The notes beneath the pieces were generated by a model, which saw only the letters and a list, made by a program, of their open reading frames with translations, was not told where the DNA came from and searched no databases. A program made the position numbers and the translations under genes. A stretch of DNA of 64,000 nucleotides from Mizuhopecten yessoensis. Lineage: Eukaryota. The stretch lies in the NCBI RefSeq assembly GCF_002113885.1, contig NW_018406415.1:1069735-1133734 (forward strand), read 5' to 3'. Positions 50,201-63,126 of this stretch are shown piece by piece (positions within the stretch are counted from its first letter, which is position 1; each line of letters begins with the position of its first letter).

Positions 50201-51177
50201 ATGTTACGAGTTCTTACTAATGTCTGTCTGTGTGTCAACCGATATTTACACCCTTCGTGGAGGTAACATTTTAGATGCTAATCTTGTTGTGTTATTTTAC
50301 AGCTGTTTCTTGTTTTCTGCATTTGCATTAACAGATTAGTTTTTGAAGACTTGTTTTTCTTGTATAGAACTCCAATACCCTGAATAGCAACTATCCACAT
50401 TTTCTTTCACTATTCCTAAAATAATATCAGACAACCCCATTACTTTCATCAACTCATCTGCTAACCCCCAAAAATCCATTTACAACACCTTAAATCATCT
50501 TTCGACTCCAGAACTCATCTTTTTTACAACTCAATAAAACTGTCGGCAAGAATTTCAGCATCGTCATGTTTTTGTTAATGGTACAGATAATTAAAATCCA
50601 CATAAGTGATATATGTTTAATGCACAATTAATTTCAGAGCTGTCGGTTTATCATTCGAGTGTACAACCACATTTTAACCATGTGTTGACTGCATATGAAA
50701 ATATAAAACCAATTATTACAGGATTTAGAGCAGAGTTAAAGATTTCTATACGCCTGTGTGCTTGGGGGTATTTAAGGAAACGTGCCAGGATAAGTAGCCG
50801 TTTATATAGCAGTCTGTAACATTTTAATAACCAGGATTTATCATCACTACGTGAAAGTGCAACACTGCAGTCTCAAAATTCATACCACAAAACCCGTGCC
50901 ATGTCAGCAGATCCTGTAGGCCCAGAGAGATAGGTATGCCAGGATATATCTGTGTATTTTCAATTGAAGTAAAAATGAAAATGTTGAAAATCAATCATTC
51001 TTTAACGAAAAAGTTAGAGTGGTTCAAACTTCCAGGGGATACATTTATAACACATTTACAAAATCCAAATGTTCTGGTTTTCATCATCTATCACAATTCT
51101 TCATTATACATTTTTCAGTGTTATTTTTTCTATATAACAGAAGAAAATTTGAGATCCTTTTTTTTCATATCTCAAAG

Positions 51178-51532
51178 CATCCTCGATATCCAGGGGTTAC
51201 ACTCACTTTCGCTCTCTACACCCCCGGAATATGTGATAGCATAAATGAAGGCATGCGGCTAGCTATTTGATATGTGTCGGGTAAAAATAACTGACGAATC
51301 ACTAGGCTGATACTTGTCCTTTGAAGATTACAGAGGAGAATACCCGACTTCAAAGCCTGTTATTTTTTACCCTTATGTGACTGCGAGATTCATTTAATGT
51401 ACATCAAAGGACCAAACTAGTCTTCTTGGCTCATCCACAAGGTGCTGCACACTGAACCTTCGATTTTGCTATGACATATTCCAGGGGTGTATAGAGAGTG
51501 AAAGTGAGCGGAACCCCTGGATATCGAGGATG
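51178..51532. mobile_element. 355-bp MITE with ~75-bp TIRs and 9-bp TSD (Mutator-like)
   Basis: catcctcgatatccagggg... / ...cccctggatatcgaggatg. Flanks atctcaaag / gtctcaaag. Confidence 0.8.
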
Positions 51533-53628
51533 GTCTCAAAGGGAATACTAACTGTAACTTAAAGACTGTGAATGTGGTTGAGACATGACTTCGTTGATAC
51601 GCATACACAACCTTGAAAAAGTTTACGACGTAAAACACAAACAAACCAAACCTTGAGAAATTAAAGCAACAGATAATCTAGCCACTGAATATTTGAGCAG
51701 CTTGTTGACTATGTTAACACTTGAACAATTTCCCTTGCCTGTAGCTTCGTGTTTACTTTTACATAAATCACCATGACGATTACACCTGCATTGTCTGCAT
51801 CGATGCACCAGTTATAATAATTCCAGCCGCTGGCGTCCCTAGCATACACAACAAGCTGTTATTGCCAAAGTTCTGAAGATTTTGTAGAAAACGGTATCAG
51901 GTTAGGTGTAGCCATGTAATTTTACCTTCAAGGTAATAAAAACATGTTGTCATTGTTACGCAATTCCCTTATCATGTGGAGATGCAAATTACGGCTGTCT
52001 ACCTGAGAAATTGAGAGTTGTCTCACATTACTGAATACTTTATGTGTCCTTGACCAAGATAAAGTGCATGAAAGCAGAAAAATAATGAAAACGTACTGGG
52101 TCCATAATTACATTTCTTCATCAGAAGATTTCACAGGAAATCCTCCTGGGTTTTAATTTTTTCAACAGATTATACCGCAACATACTCCTCTACACAAATG
52201 TTCCTGCTAAAATTATTTAAGTGCAGTGCCTCTGTATCCATGTAAGTTTTCTGTTGGGGTGTAGGGGGATTGTGTATGTGATCATCAATTGACAGTCCTC
52301 TAGCTGTTCTAAGTCCTCAGCTACTCTTTGCCTTAGAATATATTTGCAGTTATAGTACAAATGCATTGCTTAGGTTTAATGTGCTCTGAAATATTTGCAA
52401 CCTCATGCTGCCAAGTAAGTGCTGGTTAATTTAATTATATACGTGTCAATCCATCTTGATTAGATCTGCTTGGAGAGGCAGCTATTATGCTCCCAGCATG
52501 CACAATTGTTCAAAGTTGAACTTCCTCACTAACGACAAAAGACAATTTTCTACCTTGCAAACTTGATTATGTTTGAGCTGCCTCTCAAAGTTATTATATG
52601 GTCTGGTGACATTCATCGCATCTACTTCTCGTGTATGTTTTTTAAACCAACTAGTAACACCCAACTTTTCTACTGTATCTAGGCCTTGAAAAGTAAACTT
52701 ACTGATAAATTGCTCTATATTCAAATGAAGACAGTTATATGTTACAGGCCTAATTTGGGGAGTTTGAACATTTTTGTAGCAGTGATGTTGCAGAATCATG
52801 AGTGGTAGGGTAATCACTATATAACTATTTTATCAAGGGTTCGGTTCCATGGATCAGAATTTGTGGCAGAGATTAATTTTTGTGAAAAAGGAAATTGTGA
52901 TCCATATCTTTGTTTCAGTTATAACTCTTTCCTTTAGTAAATTGGCAGGCAACTCAGAGCCAGAAAATTGCCAAACAAACTGGAACTCTTCTTTATTGGA
53001 GACAATAAAGAGTATTGGCACTCTCTACCTTAACTTGGGTTAAACCTGTTTGTCTTAAAGAGATTTTATGATCCCTGTGACTTTCACATACAAAAGCTTA
53101 ATTGGCTTAAATGATCTGTAATGATGTCGTCACTCTAACTTCGTCATTGTTATCACGTTTAATTTAGCTACAGCAGGGTAACAAAAGAGTTCCAATCGCC
53201 AGTACACTCTCAGTACAGTTGGGATGATGAAGATTGATCATGAGGAGGAAGGGATACTTCACAAGTATAGTGTAATTGTACGCCAGCCTTAATGATGCAT
53301 TACTCACTGAAACACATTGTGTTTTGTAGAATACAAAACAAAGTGCTGGTGTGTTTTCAATTCTTACAGCATTTTTCAAATTTTAAAATGATGATCATAC
53401 ACTCTATATGACAAGGGTAAGATTACTAAAAAATAGGATACAATGTTAACATTTTAACATTCTGGAGATGATAAATGTTTGTACAGTTTTTGCCCGAAGA
53501 TGAGGCCACCCAATGGGGTATTCTTATCAAATAGTCAAAATGATAACTGGAAAATGAAATCCTTTTGTCTAATTACAAGCAGTTAAGCATTGTGATAAGG
53601 ATTTTTAATTAGATGCTCTCCTTACAGC

Positions 53629-53713
53629 TAAACATCCCTGAAGACACATGTGAACTCTTCCAATTCAAACGATGGAATAGTTCATTACACAATTTCAGGG
53701 GTGAATGAGTTAA
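53629..53713. mobile_element. ~85-bp hairpin MITE, left arm damaged
   Basis: ccctgaagacacatgtgaactcttccaattc...ttcaggggtgaatgagttaa. Confidence 0.75.
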
Positions 53714-54454
53714 CATCATTATTTCTATGAATATAATATATATATCACATCAGCTTTATTCTTAAAATAGATGTACAGTTTAATTTGCCAGATGGTAAGG
53801 GCGATCAGGTTCTATTCCTGTAAAGTTTTTACAACATATTTTTAATTACCAGTTCAAGCTAATGGTACAGTACTACAAAGCAGCCTTGATATAACTGAGT
53901 TCTGATTCAGTACATAACCAGCTACGTGTATGTAGCAGGCTATGATTAGGAAACTACTAGATGTTATATAATGAAAATCCCCCTGTGACACCCAGGTTTG
54001 AGATATACTACACACCCACACATCTATTGTAAATTACAGACAGAACTAGCCCTATATGACTCACCACACACATATATTGTGTACAGAAGATCAAAAATGC
54101 CACACTTGACAGACGAAATTTGATACTGTTTACAATATTGTGTGTGTCTGCATGCAAAAACATACATGGAGTTACAAGTTAGTCTTAACTGTACTGGGAT
54201 GAACTGGAAATGTGAAAATTCTTAGGATTTTGTTTTGGAAAGATTTATTTGACATTTCAATTTAATTGTGAGTTAAGGGACTTTAGTAAGTCATACAAAT
54301 CCGGTAAGTATAAGGACTTAAACATAAATACATTTGATCTGACTAGTCCAGATATCCATGCTATTTAAATTTGCAACCAACTGTTTTATTGCAGATATAG
54401 TGGTTCACCAAATGCAACTGCATTTATTGATGGTTTATTGGTTTAGAATTTAAT

Positions 54455-54920
54455 CATTGCAGAAATATAGGTTTACCAACTGCATTCACTGCAGATATGT
54501 AGGTTTATCGATTGCATTCATTGCAGAAATATAGGTTTACCAACTGCATTCATTGCAGATATGTAGGTTTATATTACCAACTGCATATTTATTGCAGAAA
54601 TATAGGTTTACCAACTGCATTCATTGCAGAAATATAGGTTTACATTGCAGATATGCAGGTTTACCAACTGCATTCATTACAGATATGTAGGTTATATTAC
54701 CAACTGCATTTATTGCAGAAATATAGGTTTACATTGCAGATATGTAGGTTTTCATTGCAGAGATGTACGTTTACCAACTGCATTCATTGCAGATATGTAG
54801 GTTTACATTGCAGATATGTAAGTTTACCAACTGCATTCATTGCAGATATGTAGGTTTACCAACTGCATTCATTGCAGAAATATAGGTTTACATTGCAGAT
54901 ATGTAAGTTTCCCAACTTCA
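54455..54920. repeat. Composite minisatellite of interleaved ~32-bp and 21-bp units
   Basis: gcagatatgtaggtttaccaactgcattcatt and its deletion variant gcagaaatataggtttacatt. Confidence 0.85.
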
Positions 54921-55923
54921 ATATTTGCAGATGTAAATGCATTTAGGTACTGACAATGTTTCATGGCTGTTCATACTCACCAGGTAGCTCTGGAGTTGAC
55001 TAAATGTTATAAAATATAAAACCTAATCATTTCAGGAAGTAAAAGTCTAGAGTTACCTCCGACTTGTCTGCTGAAATTGCAATAGAATGCTAAGAATTCT
55101 AAAAAGTCTGTGATCTTGCTTACAATGCATCTTGATGCTAGAAATGACTGCTGAATGAGGTACATTGATTTTAAAAATTTAAGGAATGTGATGATTAATA
55201 ACATCAGTGTTTCTAGCTAAACAAAATTGTTTAAGGTTGATTTCCTGTAATTAATATTGTCATAAAGTGTTTAAAAGCAATTCAATTTAGCATGTTTTAG
55301 TGTCTAAAGTTCCTGTGTTAGATGCTGTCGGCGAAGACAATATCCTGAACAGAATGTCTATTAAATTATGGTTGTGATTATTTTGGAATGGAGGTCACAC
55401 GTGTAGATTTGAGGTTAAAATAATATACTGGCAGGTAATATGTTTATGCAACGATTCACCTAAGTTGATACACTGCATTCCAGACTCTTGAATGGAGAAA
55501 GTAATTGACTCCAGAAAAAGGATAGGAAGCAATTACAAGGAATGAGGTGCTTTTTAGGTTATTTTTGGTATCAATAGAAATCATTTTCATTGCCCAGATA
55601 TTTAGAAATTGAAAGTGATTTTTGTCTGAAATAATGTTCTTGAAAGATTTTGAATTCACAAACGAGTCTCTTTATGAATTGAGGCTTAAATTGATTTCAC
55701 AGGATTAAAGTGATTACAGCGTAACAATGTTGACGATTGTAAAATAAATGATAATTTTTGATAGCTGTTTGATAATACACATCCTACCGTATTTGACATA
55801 CGAATCGCTCAATCCCTCCCCTTGTAAGTGTCCACTCTCATTATGTACTGACTTACTTAAAAAGGTCACACTATATATTTTTGCTACTATTTAGAATAAG
55901 GAACATACTGTGCACGCATGCAA

Positions 55924-56146
55924 GGGGCCGTTGTGGTCAAGTGGTTATAAGGTGTCTTGACATTCTGCCACCACTAGCCCTCCACCACTGGGTCATGGGT
56001 TTGAGTCCTACGTGGGGCAGTTGCCAGGTATAGTCCGGCTGTGGGCTGGTGTTTTTTCCGCCGGGAACTCCGGCATTCCTCTGGGACATCCTTAAATGAC
56101 CATAGAGCTGTTAATAAGACGTAAAACGCAAACAAACCAAACCAAA
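55924..56146 (+). mobile_element. Near full-length tRNA-derived SINE with TSD
   Basis: ggggccgttgtggtcaagtggtt (A box), gggtttgagtcc (B box), family tail (aaacc)n. Flanks gcacgcatgc / gcatgcatgc. Confidence 0.8.
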
Positions 56147-58097
56147 GCATGCATGCTTATTCTCACGAACTGCTTATAATTTACACCCAGGGTACAGATT
56201 ATGTGCTGAATATGTTATGTACATGTATAAATATTGACATAGGTGTAATGCTTGTACAATGTACTCTCATGATCAACTGTTGATAATGCAGTGGTTACTA
56301 CCAAGTTACTCTTCTTGTTGGCAATAGTGTAGATATTATCTGGTAAACATCCATCATCTCTCACAGGAACACTGGTGTAACATGCAAGTACTATCTGTTA
56401 TACACAGCCATGGTATGTAAGTTTATATCCTGGGACCTGTCAGTGACCGCCAGTCAGTGACTGGCAGCTTGTTTATTTGTGGTTACTCCAGTGTGTATAA
56501 GTGGGTATTTGTTTGTAAGTCTATGTTTTAAACACCTGAAAATGGTACAGTCATATTACTACTCCGTACTTGGATGTTTTTAGTGCAAGATTCACCCCAG
56601 CTATTATGATAGCGCTGTGTATCATTTATTCTTCTGTAACAGAAATGAGAGTAGTGTGCTTCCACCGGGGGATCAAACCCACAATCGCAGACTTCCTAGT
56701 CGGATCCTCTACAGTCGGCTCAGGAGAAATTCACTCCAGGGCGATGCTGGAATGCGACCATAAAACTACGGACAATTAAAATTATCGACACTATTTTATA
56801 AGGCAATTTTTTAACCAATGGACTTGTTTTGTTGATGCCATTCAGGGCATCAGTGGGAATAGTTCTATATTTGTTAGCTCAACAGCTTGCTTCAAATAGG
56901 AAAGGCTTATTTCCATCCAATGGCCTATCAACTATAATTATCAATCATATTGAACATAATTAGTTCTTGGATTCCAATAAGAACCCAGTCAACTTAGATG
57001 CTGTGATATGAATTAACATTTGAGCAAATTGTGTTAAAATTGATTATGAAATGGTAAACAATGTTACAAAATGGAAATAATTGATCGACCAGGTAGGGAG
57101 AAAATTTGACTGGAGAAATAATTAAAGTAATGAACCCTGGGTGGACACAGAACATCAGTGCAAGTCATAGTTAGAACTTACAAATATGTATGTGCTCATA
57201 CAAATACAGTGGTACCACTTTTTCAAATCAAGCAAAGAATAATGGAAAAAGAGGTACACAATTTTAGTTCATTTAAATCCAGTATGTATATTGAAGGGGC
57301 CATATTTATAAGGGGGCAGCTATATGCATCTTGCAAAAATCTTTCTTTGTGACTAAGGGACATACATGCATGTATGTATATATATATATATTCAAGCTGG
57401 ATATTGTCCATACCACTATGCCTGAGCTTGAGGCGTTTCACTGTTCAATATAAAGTAGACATAATTCCGATTCCCTACTCATCTTTCCATACGGACCAGA
57501 TCCAATACTTGTGTTGGTGTATTATCAGCACTCTAGCTAAATGTACAGAGCTCCCCACCCCCTTAACTCGAGGTCATCACCAGGCTCCTGTTTAGTGTTA
57601 CCCAGTTCACTGGAGTCGAGCTGCAGATAAAGATCAATGGGAAGTTTCAGTTCCGCATGCATTTCCAGCCTCTGAATCCCCAGGCTATCCCAGCCACAGT
57701 ATATCCTACCACATCAAGTCTGACAGATAATGACACTTATCACACATACAATCAAACATCCAAAATCTACCATCAATTTTGCAACCTACACATATAGATC
57801 TAGGGGTGATCAGGTAGCTAGATACACACTCGTGTACAAATGTTTTGAGGACTGGATAACACTAAATCTTACATGCGAGTTGGGCTCCATGTCTTTAGAT
57901 TTCATTGTGTATTTGCTCAATATTGTTTTCAGACAGAATTCTGTGACATAACAAACGGGGAAAAAACGAATTGTGAAACTTGGGAACTGAATATCAATAG
58001 CCACATTCAACCTAATAAAAGTCACCCCAAGTACAAATGTATTCCATTTCAGCAAATTTTATTGCATAAACATGTTTACATTTCGATTTTATAACAG

Positions 58098-58401
58098 AGA
58101 AGCAATATTTTAAGTAGGAGATTATGCTGAATGATTTGGTGTTTTTTTTGTGTTTGGAGGGATCCTTCTTGGTGCTTATACTTGGATTCATTGCATTTAT
58201 GCAGTGGTTTTAGATATAAACATGTGGAAGCTCGAGGATCAATACTAGCTAGCAGTGATCCTGTGGCCTCAGACCTATCAAAATATTCCAAGGTCAACCA
58301 TAATGTCCTACCTATAGTGGTACCTGGTTCATGTAGTCAATCAGACCAACTAAAAAAACCAATTGGGCTTCGGTCCATCTATGATAATTTATACATTTAT
58401 G
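58098..58401 (+). other. Candidate exon (possible alternative first coding exon, ATG at 58131)
   Basis: Acceptor-like ttttataacag| at 58097, a 90-codon open frame from ATG 58131 and donor-like TATG|GTAAGA at 58401/58402. No recognisable homology. Confidence 0.25.
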
Positions 58402-59001
58402 GTAAGAATTCAGTATCTGTCATGTTGATATTAAAAAATTTGCAAATGGTCTCCTGAAAATTTAGAAACAGAAAAAGGGTGGCCCTTAGTTGACCACCTG
58501 ATAAAGTAGAATCAGTCTCTAGATCTTAAGCTTTTTGAAGGACAAATGTAAGCGATAGTAAAAGTACTGTATATCTAAAGGCTGAAATATCACTTGTGTG
58601 AGGAGAAATGGTTTAAATGCACTTTGTCAATAGATGTGGGGTGCATATTGAAGTTGAAGTGGTCAAATACGGTATATAAGTAAAGTTTCCTAAAAAGTGT
58701 AGCTTTTGACACCTGAATAATAATACATGATCGATGTTTGTAACTCTATGTTTGTAACTTGATGTTTGTAACTCGACACACTGGAGAGCTGTACAATACT
58801 AGGTCAGTTTTCATTGCTTTCATACAGATGGAAATTGGACATTACTGTCCATGCTGGAGATCAATTTGGCCTTTACACCTAATTGAAACACAGCCAGTGA
58901 CTTGTTGTGTCTGCAGTTTATCTCAGTACAATGCTTACAACTTATTGCCTCAGTATACAGACCTGTGCTACAACAGGCTGTCAAAAGTCACCAGACCGGC
59001 C

Positions 59002-59337
59002 TCTAATCCCTTTGGGATCCCAGTAAGTGTCTAATCCCTTTGGGATCCCATGGCCAGTAAGTGTCTAATCCCTTTGAGATCCCAGTAAGTGTCTAATCCC
59101 TTCAGGATCCCATTAATGTCTAATCCCTTTGGGATCCCAGTACGTGTCAAATCTCTTTGAGATCCCAGTAAGTGTCTAATCCCTTTGAGATCCCATTAAT
59201 GTCTAATCCCTTTGGGATCCCAGTACGTGTCAAATCTATTTGAGATCCCAGTAAGTGTTTAATCCCTTTGGGATCCCAGGAAGTGTCTTATCTGTTTGGG
59301 ATCGCAGTAAGTGTCTAAACCCTTTGGAGATCCCAGT
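59002..59337. repeat. ~28-bp minisatellite, ~12 copies
   Basis: Unit ctaatccctttgggatcccagtaagtgt with variants. Confidence 0.9.
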
Positions 59338-61587
59338 AGTAGTAGCAGTACTGTGCTACACCTGACTGTCATGCGATCACCAGACAGGCCTCTCATTATA
59401 ATGGGATCCCTGCAGTAGCATTATTAGACTTGTATTTATGCAGGGATCCCAGGCCTGGAAATTCATATTAAAACCAACAGTCAATTGGGCTAGTAGTTTC
59501 CAATTTTAGTAGTCGATGTGTAAATTCCACTTACCCAATATTAAACATAAGTAATATCAAATTTTGACTTGTCAATTTGGCTAGCAGATCTAAGAATCAC
59601 TGATCGAGCTGGAGATTTCACTAGTCTGACAGACTAGTGGGCTACCTTTATTGTCTATAGCCCTCGATCCACTAACTATATAATCAATATCACAATACCA
59701 TAAATCAGTATACTTTGGATATTGCAAAAATTTCCCTTTGGTAGATGTTGCCATTTTGATATATGAAACAGTCTGTGACACTATCCAATGCTTCAGGTGT
59801 CAAATTGCCACATTCAATCAATGATGTAGGATGTATTGTGATTAATTGTTTTATTGATCTATTTAATTATTTGATTGCCAGTAACTTTTATAATAACACT
59901 GTCTATATACAGGAAATGGAAGTTTATAGGATATGGCTTAATTATAGCTGTTACTGTAACCTGCTCTGTCCATTATGAATATTTCAATTCATGAGTGCAA
60001 GATTAAATTTCAATTTTACTTTTCAATCAATTTTGCATTTGCATAGAAATACCAAATACATCACATATAAATCTTTGCAAAAAGCACTAAATATTATGAC
60101 CATTAAAAAAAGCATACCATTCAAGATGATAATTCAATATGTGTAATAATATTGATCGAAGTTTCACTAGAATGTATATATTAAATCAGATTTGGAGGAA
60201 TAAAATAAGAATTGTTCGATCTTTGTCCAACCCTGCATTCTATATTGAACCCTACATGTAAAATCCTCATAGTGTGGGGCATTCATAAATTCATGAGCAA
60301 GCAACATCAATATAAAAAACGTAGTATAAATTGATGTGATAAAAGAGATATTGCTTAGTCAATACTTGATTATATTGGACGGTCATCAGGATGGAATACA
60401 TTGGCGGTACATTCAGGGTCATTATTACAGAAACGTGCTGGTCACTCGGTGTTGAATCGATACAAAAAGCCATTGTTTATAACGGGTTGAAATAATAGTA
60501 TGTGGTTAAGACTAAAGTTAGTTTTCACTCTCTCTACTACAGTTACCGTAATTTAGTACAGTCACACCTAGCGATTTTTTGCCCATTTTTAGACAAGCAC
60601 TCTAGTTAGTCAAAAATTACTGTTCCTAAAACGTGTCAAAAATTACTGTTCCTAAAAGGTATCTTTTCTTTTTGAAATATTTAGAATGAATGCCTACCTG
60701 TAATACCAACCCACTCAAATGTTTTTGACAGAGCCATTTCATTTCATTTCATATTTTATTGAGTAAACAATAGGATTGAACAGCAGGCTAGGCCTATATA
60801 AGTTCTCTCCTTAAAGGTTGACATGACATAGACAAACGGTTAGTAAGACAGAGTCATCAAAACTCGTTTTGGGATTCCCATCTCATTGTGGTAATTCCTC
60901 CTGCATCACTCGACTAGTACAGTGTAAACTGAATGCTGAGTTGTCCAAAACATCGCAGATCTCCTATATACCTAAAACTTTATATCTTCTGAAATATAAA
61001 CTCTTACTTTGCTGTTTTCGGTCTTGTTTTCTAGATCTTACCCTGAACAGATACATAGTTTATTCGGTCTGATCAATTAATTGGTGGTGATCAAAACACA
61101 TTGATTCATTTATCAATTTATCGATGAGTACAGAATGCAAAAAATGGCTCTGTAGTACATCCTATAACATGCTCTGCTTTTCTTACTTCCACTTCAAAAA
61201 GATTGTCTCCATGGTTACAAGATATTGATCAAGATGGATGGGACCGTTCCAGACTTGATGAATAGATCAATTAATATGAGGAAATGCAGAGCTTTTGGGT
61301 ATGGGAAAGATTAATCTGTATGAAAAGTAAAAAATATTTCTTTAGGCTTTGGGCTCAAATTGTTCATCAATTGATGAGTGAGAGACTGTGGCTATCAGCT
61401 GCACGAAAACTGGCCTCAGATTCAAATAAGCTAGCTATGATAGGTTGCTGAAGGAAATTCAGAATTATAAGACATTACATCTCAAAAAACATTGTTATCC
61501 AATCAATGTGTTTGTGTGTATATATATATATTTTGATACAAAAACGGTGCAGCATGCAAGATTATTGTTAGTATTGCATTTTCAGTA

Positions 61588-61678
61588 TTAACCCTTTCAC
61601 CCCTATATAACTTTAGTAGACTCTACCATGCATCGATCTGGAAGAGTCCATTTTAGTCTACAGTAGTGAAAGGGTTAA
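61588..61678. mobile_element. ~90-bp TTAA-flanked hairpin MITE, related subfamily
   Basis: ttaaccctttcac...gtgaaagggttaa. Confidence 0.7.
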
Positions 61679-63050
61679 GTCTTGTCAAATCTTGTGGGCA
61701 TGCACATTTTACCACTTGAAAGTGTCATGTTGACTAGGAACAGACTGAATTGTCTGTCTACAATGACATTGGATCTGCTATTTTCATTAGTTCTACATGT
61801 AAATTGTTACTATATTTATCCGTCAATAAAGCCCAGGGATCCAACAAATGATGCAGAAGTTTATATAATAGTGAAGTTATCACAGTGGAGGCCTGAATCT
61901 TAATGTACATTAAAGATGTTTTCTGATTATAAAGCTGATGGTGTGACATGATATTATCTGTATAATGTGACATTAGAATTATATACTCCGCTCCTGAAAT
62001 GCTGTGGCAGATTAAAAATTCTTACACATTCATTTATAACTGCTGTTTTCTTACATTCAGGATAGCTGTAGATCTGTCTAATACAGATATGGAGTATAAT
62101 CTTCCTATATAGTGGAATAGTCTCCGTGGAGGACAGGTTGCTATGGATATTGTGCAGTTAGTCAATCCATTCTCAACATGAGGTTCCAAATTAGCTACCA
62201 TATGATATCAATACTAATTTTTATTTATTTTTTTGTAGTCATTATGTTTTTCATAAATTTCTGAGAAACTTTCCATGTTTCTTTTCATAAAATTATGAAA
62301 ATTTCTTGATATATCTGCGTATCATTTTCCTAGGTTTCTGAATATACAGGTACACGTCATTAGTGAAGGGTATCTTCTATGTTGTCTATAACTGCAAGTC
62401 TGTGACATCAGAATATTATAGATATATATAAACATGAAGGAAACCCTAGGAGAAATACATACCTCTGTATATAAATCCTAAGCTAGTATAATACATATAC
62501 TGGCTTCAATATAACCTCCGTCTGTTACCAGAGAATAAAGGCAGTATCAAAACAGATATGAATGCTATTGTTATTAAATGCTGAGCCATATAAACTTATG
62601 TTGTGTTACCCAACATTCTGGGTTTATTACACGCTGCAATACTTGATCAAGCATATACAGACATTTGCTCAAAGTAACAGTTGTGAAAAAGGCGAACACC
62701 TGGAGTAATATATGTATCAGCACAAATGCCCAATGTAAATATGATATTTATGTCCCCGCCATAAAATGGGGGGGGGGGGGGGGGAGCATATAGTGTTGCC
62801 TATCTCAATCCTTCCCTGTCCCATCCTGTTTTTAAGAATATTGAAGTATTTTTAAGAAACCAATCAGAGTGTTCAAAATTATAGCACTTCTGGCAACCTT
62901 TAGCTTACACATTGAGCTTGTGACGTTTTTTCAAGAGTTATCTCCCTTCAAGCCTTTAGATTGGTTTCAGATTTGAGGTGTTCATGCAATTATTCATTAC
63001 CTTTCAGACCTGTCATAAATTATCTAAACCCATGCAAGTTAATATAGCAA

Positions 63051-63126
63051 CCCTGAAGACACATTTGAACTCTTCCAATTCAAAGGTTGGAATAGTTCAT
63101 TATGAATTTTCAGGGGTGAATGAGTT
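63051..63126. mobile_element. Hairpin MITE, left arm truncated
   Basis: ccctgaagacacatttgaactcttccaattcaaaggttggaatagttcattatgaattttcaggggtgaatgagtt. Confidence 0.75.

Noticed and set aside
55924-56010. Functional tRNA genes (also 15452, 4305, 56650)
   Set aside because: A/B boxes are present but there is no complete cloverleaf; most continue into SINE bodies or sit in TEs.
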